Below are positions 11,747 to 23,214 of a stretch of 64,000 bases of DNA, one piece after another. Source of the DNA: Macrostomum lignano (lineage: Eukaryota). The notes below the pieces were generated by a model. It saw nothing but the letters and a program-made list of their open reading frames with translations. It had not been told where the DNA came from and searched no databases. The position numbers were made by a program, and so were the translations under genes. The DNA is taken from NCBI GenBank assembly GCA_002269645.1, contig NIVC01002131.1:1-64000 (forward strand), read 5' to 3'. Every line of letters begins with the position of its first letter. Within the stretch, counting starts at the first letter, position 1.

Positions 11747-14593
11747 ATGGCTAATCGAGTTCAGGACTATGGAATGGATGTAGTTATCAACAGGAAGGTG
11801 AGAAGGCCATATTGTACGATTTCAATTATGCATCGAGATTACGTTTGCGCCACAAGTCTAGTTTTCGGAAATGAAGGAAATGAAGTAAAAGCTGATGAAA
11901 CCAGTGAAAGCTTGATGTCGAGTTTCAGTACTATTGAGAAATTATCTAAAAAAGTAGACAACAGTTGAAAGCCCCAGAAATTTGCTTTGATTTGCAGCTC
12001 AACGCCAAGTACGAGCCCGAGGCTGAGCGCGAGGTGATCGGCTGGATCAACGCCCTGGTTCCCGGGGCGAACATTCAACCTGGCCGGGAGAATGTCTACT
12101 ACAGCCTGCGCAGCGGCATCGTGCTCATCCAGCTCATGGAGTCGGTGCTCAACCAGACTCCGAGTCTGACTCCGGAGGCGCAGCGAATTCGCCGGCCAAT
12201 TGTGTATTCGACAATGAGCGCCCCGTTCAAGCAGATGGAGAACATCGAGGTGAGGGGATCAGTTTGGACTTTGGATATTAGTCATCGTGGGGCCAGCAGT
12301 CTGAATCACCAGTTATTGACTGATGGACCTTAGGGTTTAATTAATCACAGCTGCTTTTAATGGATCTAGATTTTCCTCAAAATCTTAATTTCCAGGTTTT
12401 TCTGAACTGTGCAATGGCCTACGGTGTTCCAAAGGCCAGTCTGTTCCAAACTGTCGACCTCTACGAAGGTCGAAACATGGCCCAGGTGTTAAACACGCTG
12501 CTTCAGCTTGGAACTGAGGTACGACTTTTACTAGCCTGGCTTCTGCTCCAAACATCCACTCCAAACATCCGCTTCAACATCCGCTCCAAACATCCGCTTC
12601 AACATCCACCTCTAAACATCCGCTTCAACATCCGCTCCAAACATCCGCTTTGATCAACATCCGTCTCCAAACATTCGCTTTGATCAACATCCGTCTCCAA
12701 ACATCCGCTTCAAAATCTGCCTCCAAACATCCGCTTCAACATCCGCCTACAAACATCCACTTCCTGCTTCTTCTTCCAGTGCCAACGCCACGGCATGCGC
12801 GGCCCCGTGTGCGGACCCCGTCCCACCTACAAGAATGCGCGCCAGTTCACCGCCGAGCAGCTGCGCTCCTCCGAGGGTATCATCAGCCTGCAGGCTGGCA
12901 CCAACAAGTGCGCCAGCCAGAAGGGTGAGTTTAATTTTGCTAGATGAGTTACTCATTAGTTTCTACACAAGCAAACGCAATGCTTTAAGGGGCCAGGTGA
13001 GTAATTATCAGTGGGTTAAATTCAAGGGTTATGCCCCAAAAATTCTTCCACAGGCATGTCCATGGGCGGCCAGCGGCACATCGCGGACATTCGCTGCGAC
13101 GAGATGACGCCAGAAGGCAACGCGGTCATCGGCCTGCAGATGGGCACCAACAAGTGCGCCAGCCAGAAAGGTGAGTGCCGCGCCTCCGACTTGAACTCCT
13201 TGATAATTGCCGATATGTAGCGTAAATAACTTTACAAAGCAGAAATCCTGGGGCAGAAGAGCTCAGCAGTAAGCGTGTCTGACTCTCACGCCACAACTCC
13301 TGATTTGATTCATTTGGGGCGTGTGCTCAAAATTCGGCTGGGAAGTTGTCATGCGAGTCACAGCTATGAGGGCCCAGCGCCCAAGGCACAGAGAGTGTAC
13401 ATGCCTGACGATTAGAAAGTCAGGGCCGATGTACACCCTGTGTGAGCGTGTGCATGAGTGCGTGCCTGAGTACAGTACTGGCGCGCCTGCATGTGCTCAG
13501 GAGTCAGCGGAACGGGCAGAATTGCCTCCGCGCGCTGGCTGTGGCACCGATGTCGCTAAAGCGTTGCGCCAAGGTGGCCCACAACCCTCATTCCAAATAT
13601 TACGCGTATTAAGCAAAAACCTTTTATATATGAGCTGACATAAACTATAAGTGTTCTAAATTCTGGGAGAATATTGGCATTTTTTCTATTGTGTCTTTGA
13701 AGAAATCTTAATTCATTGAACAAATTCGTACTTAGGCATGTCCATGGGTGGCCAGCGGCACATCGCGGATATCCGCTGCGACAACATGACGCCAGAGGGC
13801 AGCGCAGTCATCGGCCTGCAGATGGGCACCAACAAGTGCGCCAGCCAAGCCGGCATGTCTATTGGTGGTCAGCGGCACATTGCGGACATTCGGTGAGGGC
13901 GTTTTCCCATTGATTACGTATAGCTTTTCTGTCATAGTGACTTGTCGTATGTAGCTCACTCCCAAGTAGCTCACTCCCAAGTAGCTCACTCTCAAGTAGC
14001 TCACTCCCAAGTAGCTCACTCCCAAGTAGCTCACTCCCAAGTAGCTCACTCTCAAGTAGCTCACTCTCAAGTAGCTCACTCCCAAGTAGCTCACTCCCAA
14101 GTAGCTCACTCCCAAGTAGCTCACTCTCAAGTAGCTCACTCCCAAGTAGCTCACTCCCAAGTAGCTCACTCCCAAGTAGCTCACTCTCAAGTAGCTCACT
14201 CCCAAGTAGCTCACTCCCAAGTAGCTCAATCTCAAGTAGCTCACTCCCAAGTAGCTCCATTTCAATTAGCGCACTCAATGATAGTTAAATTAACTCCATC
14301 GTTCATTTTAACTGACAATAGTCAACTTGTTTTTTATTCTCAGCTGCGACCAGATGACGCCGGAGGGCTCTGCCGTCATCGGCCTGCAGATGGGTCTCGG
14401 CCAGAAGCAGGGGGCCAACCAGAGCGGCATGTCGTTCGGCGGCATCCGTCACATCGCCGACGGCCGCGTTAGTGAGGGCAGCAAAGAGGGCGCCTCGGTC
14501 ATTGGCCTGCAGATGGGGCCGGGACAGGGCCAGGTGGCCAGCCAGAGTGGCATGACCTTCGGAGGCCAGCGCCACATCCTTGACTCACATTGA
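11747..14593 (+). CDS. CNN: Calponin: CH domain plus five calponin (CLIK) repeats, 364 aa, 7 exons
   Basis: Exons 11747-11797, 11998-12249, 12396-12518, 12780-12924, 13054-13170, 13736-13892, 14344-14593, all GT-AG and in phase (1095 nt). CH motifs 'EVIGWI..LRSGIVLIQL..FKQMENIEVFL..FQTVDLYEG'; repeats 'IGLQMGTNKCASQxGMSxGGQRHI'. Confidence 0.96.
12548..12765. repeat. ~13-bp degenerate minisatellite (aaacatccgcttc) in calponin intron 3
   Basis: Tandem units visible directly. Confidence 0.9.
13250..13600 (+). mobile_element. Diverged SINE copy in calponin intron 5
   Basis: Shares core 'cccaaggcacagagagtgtacatgcctgac...gtcagggccgatgtacaccctgtgtgagcgtg' and 3' region with the 9748-10113 element. 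Confidence 0.85.
13950..14260. repeat. 15-bp minisatellite (gtagctcactcccaa) in calponin intron 6
   Basis: About 20 units; explains the VAHSQ, ELLGS and SYLGV ORFs. Confidence 0.97.
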
Positions 14594-15684
14594 GCATCGA
14601 GTCCGAGTCTGATTGCACAGTCAGTCGGGTGAGCAGTGATAGCAGACTGGATGGAGCAAGTTCGTAGAGTCCGAAAAACGCAGAATTCTGGGAAAGTGCG
14701 CTTTTTTGTTGCTTTTGCGTCTCCTAAGTTTCTATTTTCTTTTTCGATTTTTAACAATCGCTTTTACTCAGTTTGTGCGTTTCAGCTTTTTTTGCAAGGC
14801 CAAGGAAGTTGATCAAGTCTGGCAAAGATTTTCGGGTATAAAGATTTCTGTCTAGTATTTGCGTCTGCTTGCTATAAGTAGTATTATTTGCAGCTTAGCG
14901 CGCTTTCTTAATATCTCGTATTAAGTTAGAATGCCATTTCATGTGGCAGCAAATCTTAGTTTTTTTGCAACTCCTACTACAGTATTCCGTTTAGGAAGCG
15001 AATTAATGCGGTTAGCAACTGTTCACTCTGCGCTACTTCCTAAGATTTTTGTTCATCTTTTTCAAGCTAAAAAGTTAGAGCGTTTTAAAAACCGCATATT
15101 TATTTACCAGCAATCTTAGTCGCTGTTTTAATATTTAAAAACAAAACTATTCCTCAGTATACGCGAGTTGATAAGTTTGCATATTTTATCTGTTAGTTTT
15201 TTGTCCAGTGCGATTTGCTTGAAACTGTTGCCCGATTTACTGCATGCGAGTATTTTGAGCATCAGTTTAGCGGATCTCTGGCTTATCGCCTGACAGTGCC
15301 TTAATACACATGTCCGTGTGGGTAAACACAATGCTCTCTGCAATTCTATAGCTCGAAAATTTGTGCGTATTCATTCAGTAAGCTACAAGTAACATGTGTT
15401 CCCACGCTGACTGCATGTCCAAACCTGTTGTACTCAAGCTGACGTAACTATCCGTTTAAAAGCCTTTTACATGCTGCTATACGATGCAAAAACAGAATTT
15501 CATCATTTAATAGCTATTCGATAGGTTTTTAGTGCACTGCTGTCAAATATATGAAATCTTGCGGCAACTCATGTACTGTACTGTAGGCTCGTATGGACTT
15601 CACTTGGTTTTTAAAATTTCATTTCAACACGTTGATAGTTACTTAGCGTAGCAACTCCTTATAGGCGAGTCAGTGTGGAAAGAG

Positions 15685-16528
15685 GAGCTGACTCATCATT
15701 GTTGGTTGGGAAACGGAGCTGACCCACCATTGTTGGTTGGGAAACGGAGCTGACCCACCATTGTTGGTTGGGAAACGGAGCTGACCCACCATTGTTGGTT
15801 GGGAAACGGAGCTGACCCACCATTGTTGGTTGGGAAACGGAGCTGACCCACCATTGTTGGTTGGGAAACGGAGCTGACCCACCATTGTTGGTTGGGAAAC
15901 GGAGCTGACCCACCATTGTTGGTTGGGAAACGGAGCTGACCCATCATTGTTGGTTGGGAAACGGAGCTGACCCATCATTGTTGGTTGGGAAACGGAGCTG
16001 ACCCACCATTGTTGGTTGGGAAACGGAGCTGACCCACCATTGTTGGTTGGGAAACGGAGCTGACCCATCATTGTTGGTTGGGAAACGGAGCTGACCCATC
16101 ATTGTTGGTTGGGAAACGGAGCTGACCCACCATTGTTGGTTGGGAAACGGAGCTGACCCATCATTGTTGGTTGGGAAACGGAGCTGACCCACCATTGTTG
16201 GTTGGGAAACGGAGCTGACCCACCATTGTTGGTTGGGAAACGGAGCTGACCCATCATTGTTGGTTGGGAAACGGAGCTGACCCACCATTGTTGGTTGGGA
16301 AACGGAGCTGACCCACCATTGTTGGTTGGGAAACGGAGCTGACCCATCATTGTTGGTTGGGAAACGGAGCTGACCCATCATTGTTGGTTGGGAAACGGAG
16401 CTGACCCACCATTGTTGGTTGGGAAACGGAGCTGACCCACCATTGTTGGTTGGGAAACGGAGCTGACCCATCATTGTTGGTTGGGAAACGGAGCTGACCC
16501 ATCATTGTTGGTTGGGAAACGGAGCTGA
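15685..16528. repeat. 31-bp minisatellite (ttgttggttgggaaacggagctgacccacca)
   Basis: About 27 near-identical units differing mainly at cca/tca; no spacers. Confidence 0.97.
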
Positions 16529-18375
16529 GCCGTGCAATCCGTTATCATCTCAGCCATCTGGCCATGAAATCTAAAAAATGTATAGAAAGAAAGCGACAGC
16601 GTTTTCCTGCGAGCGTTGAAAAATAACTTGAATAAATTGCTATTTAATATAGTTGTCTTTTTTATTAGGCTGAGACGGTTCGCTTAGAAAAACAGCTTTT
16701 CATTGCATCCTGTCAAGTACCAAAGTAAAAGTTCATAAATAGCGAGCGATGTTCTGCAACACAACACGATGCTTTTATCTGAATATTTAGACGAAATGGT
16801 GGAACAAGAATTCAAAAATCCTAGTTTGGACAATTCAAACAAAATATAATAGATACTAGTGATTTGATAAATATTGACTACATTGAATAACGCTTTTACA
16901 TTGCATACTACACTGGACATAAAGAAGCATATCAGCATAGTAAACGAATAGGGCACATGGATACCTAACTTAAGTTTATTTATTTAAATTTACCAAAATT
17001 TGTTTCACACAAGGGCACAACAACAGCTGAGAGGGTTTACTTAAAAAGCCCCATTTTATTGCAAAACTCGCCGGAATTTTCTGTTTTAGCAATAAAAATA
17101 ATGTACAATCACATTGTACAATAACTTTTTGTACAATTTTTATCTGCTGCTTTAAATGACAGTTAAAGTTAATTTTAGACTAATAAATAATCGAAATCAA
17201 CTACCAATTTCATGTATTGTGGTAACTGTTGTTTTCAATTTTACACTAAAAAGCAAAAAAATCAAAATCGATTTTTTTCTTCAAGTAATTTATAGTTTGT
17301 TAATTTTAAACTAATTTATTCAATTCAAAAACCGAAAGAGAATAGCAATTCCTTAATTTAAGATTAACAAAAATGGAAATCAACCACCAATTTCATGCCT
17401 CACGGTAATTTTCAATTTAAACTAATAAACATTAAAATCAACTATCAATTTCATTTCTATAATTAATTAAGTTAGGTGTTTCAAATTTAAACTAATGAAA
17501 TTAATTAACGTAATGAATGAAACGTACTTGTTAAAATCTTTCACTCAATGCTGTGTGCCGTATAGTCTGGGTTGGTAGGATTTGGTTCAACTTTGCGCAC
17601 AAGTGTTTCAAACGCTACAGTTAAATCAACAATCAAGGTAGCTATAAGAGTTGGAAATATGCATATTTGTCAGTCTAGCAGTGCGGTACAAGCTGGCAGA
17701 TGGATTATAGTACTTAGTTATTACTGAATAGAATTCAGTTGCTTTTACTGTTTTAACAAAGGGCGTGCTTCTCGTGCGATACGAAAAGCAAAACAAGGTA
17801 AAAAACGTAAAAATTAAATTCGCTTCATAAATAAATGGCAGAGAACTAGAGAACACAAACAATAATAATCATTGTACAATAAGAGAATAAGCAATGTAGT
17901 AGATTAACAAACTGGGGCTGTAATATATTGCGTTATACCGCACATGAAATACAAAAAAGGCAGCTTACACGCAGAGAATTTTAAGCAGCGGCCATGGAGA
18001 CAGATTGTTAGCAGCTTTTGACTAAACTGAGGATCTAGCTGAGCTGGCAAAAGCAATTCTATAAATTTTATATATATACGAGCGATAGATAGAGGAAGCT
18101 GCGGGAGAAAAATATCCGCTACATTCGTAGCAGTAGGCAATTCCAAATCCTATATTGTTACTAGTAGTAGGAATTATTATTAAAAAAGCGCCAGAAATTT
18201 CTTTGTGAAGAATAATGGGTCGATGACCAGCCAACACGAGTTAGTTTGAACAAGGACCACTAGAAGTAAGGACCCTTTTATCAGGACGAAACACCGGCGT
18301 TCTATGGATAATTTTTAAGGCCCGATTTCGCTTAAACTGCATAGCGAGATAGAAACCTATCTTTCATCGATTTAA

Positions 18376-18817
18376 ACCACAGATACTGGAATAACTAGAT
18401 GGGCCACTCAGCACATTTGCGTGTAAGCTACTTTCAGTTCAGTAGCAAGTTAAACAGAAGCATTTAATGATTTTAAAGACAAGACTTATTTATTGGCTCC
18501 TACCCCCCAGCTTAAACCTTCCAACCGTTTAAGCTACCCCCGCCCGCCACCCAATTTTTATTGTCTTTCTCTCGGACTTCCACCCTAAAGCTGCCTTGTA
18601 CACTTCAGTGGACTGGCCAATGTACATTACTGCTGAATCAATTAGCAAGTTGTTTACGCCTGCAAGCTTGGTCTTCTAAACTTATCAGAGTCGTTTCAGC
18701 TGCCTTAACTGTTAAAAATAGCTTATGTATTCTTCTTTGCTACTGAACTGAAAGTAGAAAGCCTTTTTACCAAGCATATATACCTGAGTGGCCCATCTAG
18801 ATTCTAGTATCCGTGTT
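18376..18817. mobile_element. ~440-bp MITE-like element with imperfect TIRs, flanked by TTAA
   Basis: Left 'cacagatactggaataactagatgggccactcag...ctactttcagttcagtagcaa' matches the reverse complement of 18735-18817; TTAA at 18372-18375 and 18818-18821. Confidence 0.65.
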
Positions 18818-19916
18818 TTAAACTTAGGAAAGATGTCACATAACTTCTAGTGGTCCTGACATTTTAAAATCGCTAAGGTCAAGTTGGTTGCTTTTTAAAA
18901 GAGAAAGTCTCTTGAAAACAGTCTGTTGGGACAATGACGCTATGTCATTGTGATATAATGCGCTATGTTGCGCATGATGCGCTATGTAGAAGTCCATACT
19001 ACATAGAGATTCTCACTATTATTGCCCATACTTTAGAAGCAGGTTGATTTCTAAACTTACATACTAAGTACTTGCATTGCTCGGCTGAACTTGTCTTAGC
19101 TATCCCCCCATACGTACTTGGATTTTGTTTAAACGTGCAGTGCAACAGCGGAAAATAAGTTTATAGCAAACTAATAGCCGATCTCGTAAGCTGCATTTCG
19201 AGCCAGTGAAGCAGTTATTTAGCCAAGGGGGTGGAATTTCCTTTGCGAATTGGATTATGTAAAGATTAAAAAGCTAAACATTTTCAGCAACTATCAAGCG
19301 CCTACATTGCTAATGCTCATTCTAACGTAACAATATACAGTTTTTCGTGTACTTTACGGTATTATTATTGTAGAAAGATCACCATAAAGGTGTAGATAGA
19401 GGTCTTGAAATGGAGGTGGGGTGGTAATCCAATGTACACACGACAATCGTACACACTTAAATGAACGACTAAACGTACATACACACAATGTACGTAGCAA
19501 TCAATGTTAAGATGGCTGGGGAGGGTAAGAAAATAAAGATTGTAGATTGCGTAGGGTAACGGGAGTAGGAGGGCGGCAGGGGCAGGGAGGTAGGACCACC
19601 GAGGCCCATGCCAAAGACCACTTGTAATCTATATTAGGGAAACATTACACCGTCCTATTTTTAGATGATTTTGAACTCCCAGCTCATTAGTCTTTATACT
19701 CTAGCCCTTATAAGGAGGCTTGTCATATTGTAGATGTAGATTCTGATTCCAGAACCAGAATCATAGTATAGCTTTTCAGCGGCGGAGTTTAGTTTTTTAG
19801 TCAATTTAGATTAGTGCTAAATTTAAATTAGTGCACTTATCATCCGCATCCAGGCGCGGCACAATTTCGAAATAGATTTCGTCACGGGTTAATAACAGAC
19901 ATTAGACCGAACGAGG

Positions 19917-22900
19917 CTAGAGCTGGCTTAACTGACGGAACAAGACCAAAGCGATGGCAATGACAGGAGTTGAGCCCGACACCCGGCCTGTGCCGCCGCC
20001 GCCGCCGCCGTCTCCAGTCGCCTGTCTCTCCTGGCCGACGGCGTTGCCGCTGGAGGTGCCGCTGGAGGTGCCGCTGGAGGTGCCGCTGGAGGTGCCGCTG
20101 GAGGTGCCGCTTTCTCCGCTAGTAGCTGCGCTGTTTTTTGTCGAGTCCACTGTTTTTTTATATGGATGGGGAAAATCGGATGCCTATGTTAAACCATAAA
20201 TTCGGGCATTTGCCAGCATGCCTGCCAGTAACAATTGACTGGTAGCAATTCGAAAAAAACTAGAATTTTACAGTTTAGCTGCAAATTTCCTACAACAGCA
20301 TTATTGGGTCACTGACAGTCAATTGTCACTGGCAGTAACTGGCAGTCAATTGTCACTGGCAGTCAATTGTCACCAACAGTCAATTGTCACTGGCAGTAAC
20401 TGGCAGTCAATTGTCACCAACAGTCAATTGTCACTGGCAGTAACTGGCAGTCAATTGTCACTGGCAGTCAATTGTCACTGGCAGTAACTGGCAGTCAATT
20501 GTCACTGGCAGTCAATTGTCACTAGCAGTCAATTGTCACAGGCAGTAACTGGCAGTCAATTGTCACTGGCAGTCAATTGTCACTAGCAGTCAATTGTCAC
20601 TGATAGCCAATTGTCACTGGCAGTCAATTTTCACTGACAGTCAATTGTCACTGATAGCCAATTGTCACTGATAGCCAATTGTCACTGACAGTCAATTGTC
20701 ACTGATAGCCAATTGTCACTGACAGTCAATTGTCACTGATAGCCAATTATCACTGATAGCCAATTGTCACTGGCAGTCAATTGTCACTGACAGTCAATTA
20801 TCACTGATAGCCAATTGTCACTGATAGCCAATTGTCACTGGCAGTCAATTGTCACTGGCAGTAACTGGCAGTTAATTGTCACTGGCAGTCAATTGTCACT
20901 AGCAGTCAATTGTCACTGATAGCCAATTGTCACTGGCAGTCAATTTTCACTGATAGCCAATTGTCACTGACAGTCAATTGTCACTGATAGCCAATTGTCA
21001 CTGACAGTCAATTGTCACTGATAGCCAGTTATCACTGAGAGTCAATTGTCACTGACAGTCAATTGTCACTGACAGTCAATTGTCACTGACAGTCGATTAT
21101 CACTGATAGCCAATTGTCACTGGCAGTCAATTGTCACTAGCAGTCAATTGTCACTGATAGCCAATTATCACTGAGAGTCAATTGTCACTGGCAGTCAATC
21201 ATCGCAGTCCCAATTTTAATCACTATCATTAAAAATTTTGAAAGTATGACGGAAAACGAAAGCATTTCTAATGTGGGTTTGACAAATACAGGGTTTCAAA
21301 GTTAAGATTATACTGGGTGGCCCACGTAACGCGTAACGTTAATAACTTTTTTGATTTGCAACCAATGTTGACAAAATTTTAACTGACAGTCGAGTCGTCA
21401 CCCTGTTTCATCAGGCACGTTACGTAGGCCACCCTGTAAATTCATGAAAGTGACCTTTCGAGAAAGTATGAAAGCTTTCAAAGATTCGGATAGACAAGCG
21501 CGTTGTACGAGCTAATTCGAAATCAAGTCTTAAAAATCGAGCTGAACGCAATTCTTGAAATGCGAGTTAAGACAAACCAGACGAAGTCAGACGCACCCGT
21601 GTGGTCCTCTAAAAGTCTGTTGTAAACTACTCGTATTTCGCTATCCGAAAATAAAAGAAATGGTGAAGATGTAGACTAAAAATTATTTTGTCTTAAAGTC
21701 TAGGAAGTGCTTAACCTGACATTTCCACGCTCGGCTTCTGCGCACTTTGATCTTCTAATATGCTGATCCTCTGCCGCTAAACTTGCTGGCGCAAAAAGCG
21801 CCGTCGGAATGAGACTGCCGTCGGGATGAATCTTTCCAACTGGCAACCTTCCCAACTGGCAACCTTCCCAACTGGCAACCTTCCCAACTGGCAACCTTCC
21901 CAACTGGCAACCTCCCTAACTGGAAACCCCCTAACTGGCAACCTCCCTAACTGGCAACCATCTAGCCAGTAACGTTTAGAGAGCGCCAGAGACTATGAAA
22001 TCCTCACAGTGGCACCCCTCAAATTATTTGAGGCACTTTGAACGTCGGGGCACCAATCTGAACGACACGAACTACAGCTATGCCAAAATTGTGTATCTAA
22101 CGTCAAAATCGACTTCCAAGAACTTTTCAAAAGTTTGACTTTGACACACGCCAGCCACTCAAAAAACATTTGAATAAGCAAAAGTTTAGTCTATTGAATC
22201 ATTTAGCTTCTTACCTGGCGGAGGCCACTTTTGACAACTGCATTCCGTCTGACAGGTGGCTGCTTTTGTGGTTTCTGGAGCAATATTGTACGACTTGTAG
22301 GGCACAAATTCAGGAAGGAAGGTCGCTGGACGAAATTTCATATGTTCCATAGGAAAAGGAAAATTTTGCGATTGCGAACCTAAGCCAGGAAAATATTTCA
22401 ACTCTGGCTCATTCATTCTGACCAGCAGCTCGCATTTTTTCGGCAGATGGCACTGGGCGCAACTATTATTTAGGCCTTTCTGCAGAATGCCGATTTTTGT
22501 TATAGTACTAGGCAGACCAAGCAGATTGCGACAGTCAATCAGCGACGGGTTATTATTCCACGAGATGAAAGTTGTCAAATCGGACATTGGAGCGTCTTTG
22601 TAGTTAACAATCCGAGTCAGTTTAGAATTATTGACGAGAAAAAGCTCTTGCAGATTCAATGGCTTCAACAGAGACAAATCTAGAGTCTGCAGTTCGGTAA
22701 AGGCCAGGTACAGGTTCTTAAGCTGAGCCCTTTGCGGCGATCCAGTGTCAGCAAACACGGCCGGGTTGATGCTGCTGATTGGGCCTTTGATCGCAAAGCC
22801 CGACGAGATTCCGACAATCTCCGCAACCGAGTCCTGCAGACGAATTTCTCGCTTTTTAAAAGCATCACCATAATTGTCTTCGACCAGGTCAATGTTAAAA

Positions 22901-23214
22901 ATCGTAATGCCCTCATCATTAGGCTTCACTCTCATGAAACAAATATCCATAGAATCCTGAATATTTTGGTAGCCGGCCTCAGCTTGAAGTAGGCTGGCGA
23001 TGCCTGTAGCTTTTCGATGACAGGCAACTGGTATTCTTGCTGTCTCAATGCCGCCGGTGCTATAAGACGACCTTGGAAACCCGCAGATAACAACGTTAGC
23101 GGCCTCGGCCTGGATTGCGGTCTGCATATCTAAGCAGAGTTGCGTCGCATCAGAAACGGCGCATATCGCCGCCAGAGTTGCTGCTAGAACCAGGTAAACC
23201 GAATTTTTTGACAT
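19917..23214 (-). CDS. Leucine-rich-repeat cell-surface protein, probably GPI-anchored, about 410 aa, 2 coding exons
   Basis: Exon 23214-22215: signal peptide MSKNSVYLVLAATLAAICAVSDA, LRR units 'LKNLYLAFTELQTLD', 'LQELFLVNNSKLTRI', Cys-rich C-terminus; donor CCAG|gtaaga. Exon 20149-19917 (cag|TG, phase 1): (SSGT)n/Gly stalk and hydrophobic tail PVIAIALVLF. Without splicing the ORF stops at 22186. Confidence 0.75.
20310..21200. repeat. 17-bp quasi-palindromic minisatellite (ggcagtcaattgtcact) in the LRR-gene intron
   Basis: About 50 variant units with a CAATTG core. Confidence 0.95.
21313..21436. mobile_element. 124-bp Tc1/mariner-type mini-MITE
   Basis: ta|ctgggtggcccacgtaacg ... cgttacgtaggccaccctg|ta: about 19-bp TIR with 2 mismatches, TA flanks. 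Confidence 0.7.
21836..21960. repeat. 16-bp minisatellite (tggcaaccttcccaac)
   Basis: About 7 units. Confidence 0.9.

Noticed and set aside
13405-13430. CTGACGA-tta-GAAA in the SINE hairpin, resembling a hammerhead core
   Set aside because: No stem II or stem III can form, and the motif is not conserved in the other SINE copies.
13732-14472. VAHSQ, ELLGS and SYLGV repeat ORFs; likewise the repeat ORFs at 5775, 7211, 15659, 31532, 33748, 40014, 61576 and 63434
   Set aside because: All are translations of intronic or intergenic minisatellites.
15685-16528. 31-bp repeat array resembling a CRISPR repeat length
   Set aside because: Units are contiguous with no unique spacers, no cas genes, and a eukaryotic context.
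17626-18237. Hydrophobic fragments reminiscent of GPCR TM5-7 ('YIYKIYRIA', 'CKLPFLYF') or a Ly6 start ('CYECSG')
   Set aside because: Fragments lie in different frames with stops, in AT-rich DNA that readily yields hydrophobic translations; no coherent model.
18255-18310. Hammerhead-like 3' half (ggacgaaacaccggcgttc)
   Set aside because: The CUGANGA core is absent and stem II is mismatched; at best a dead remnant.
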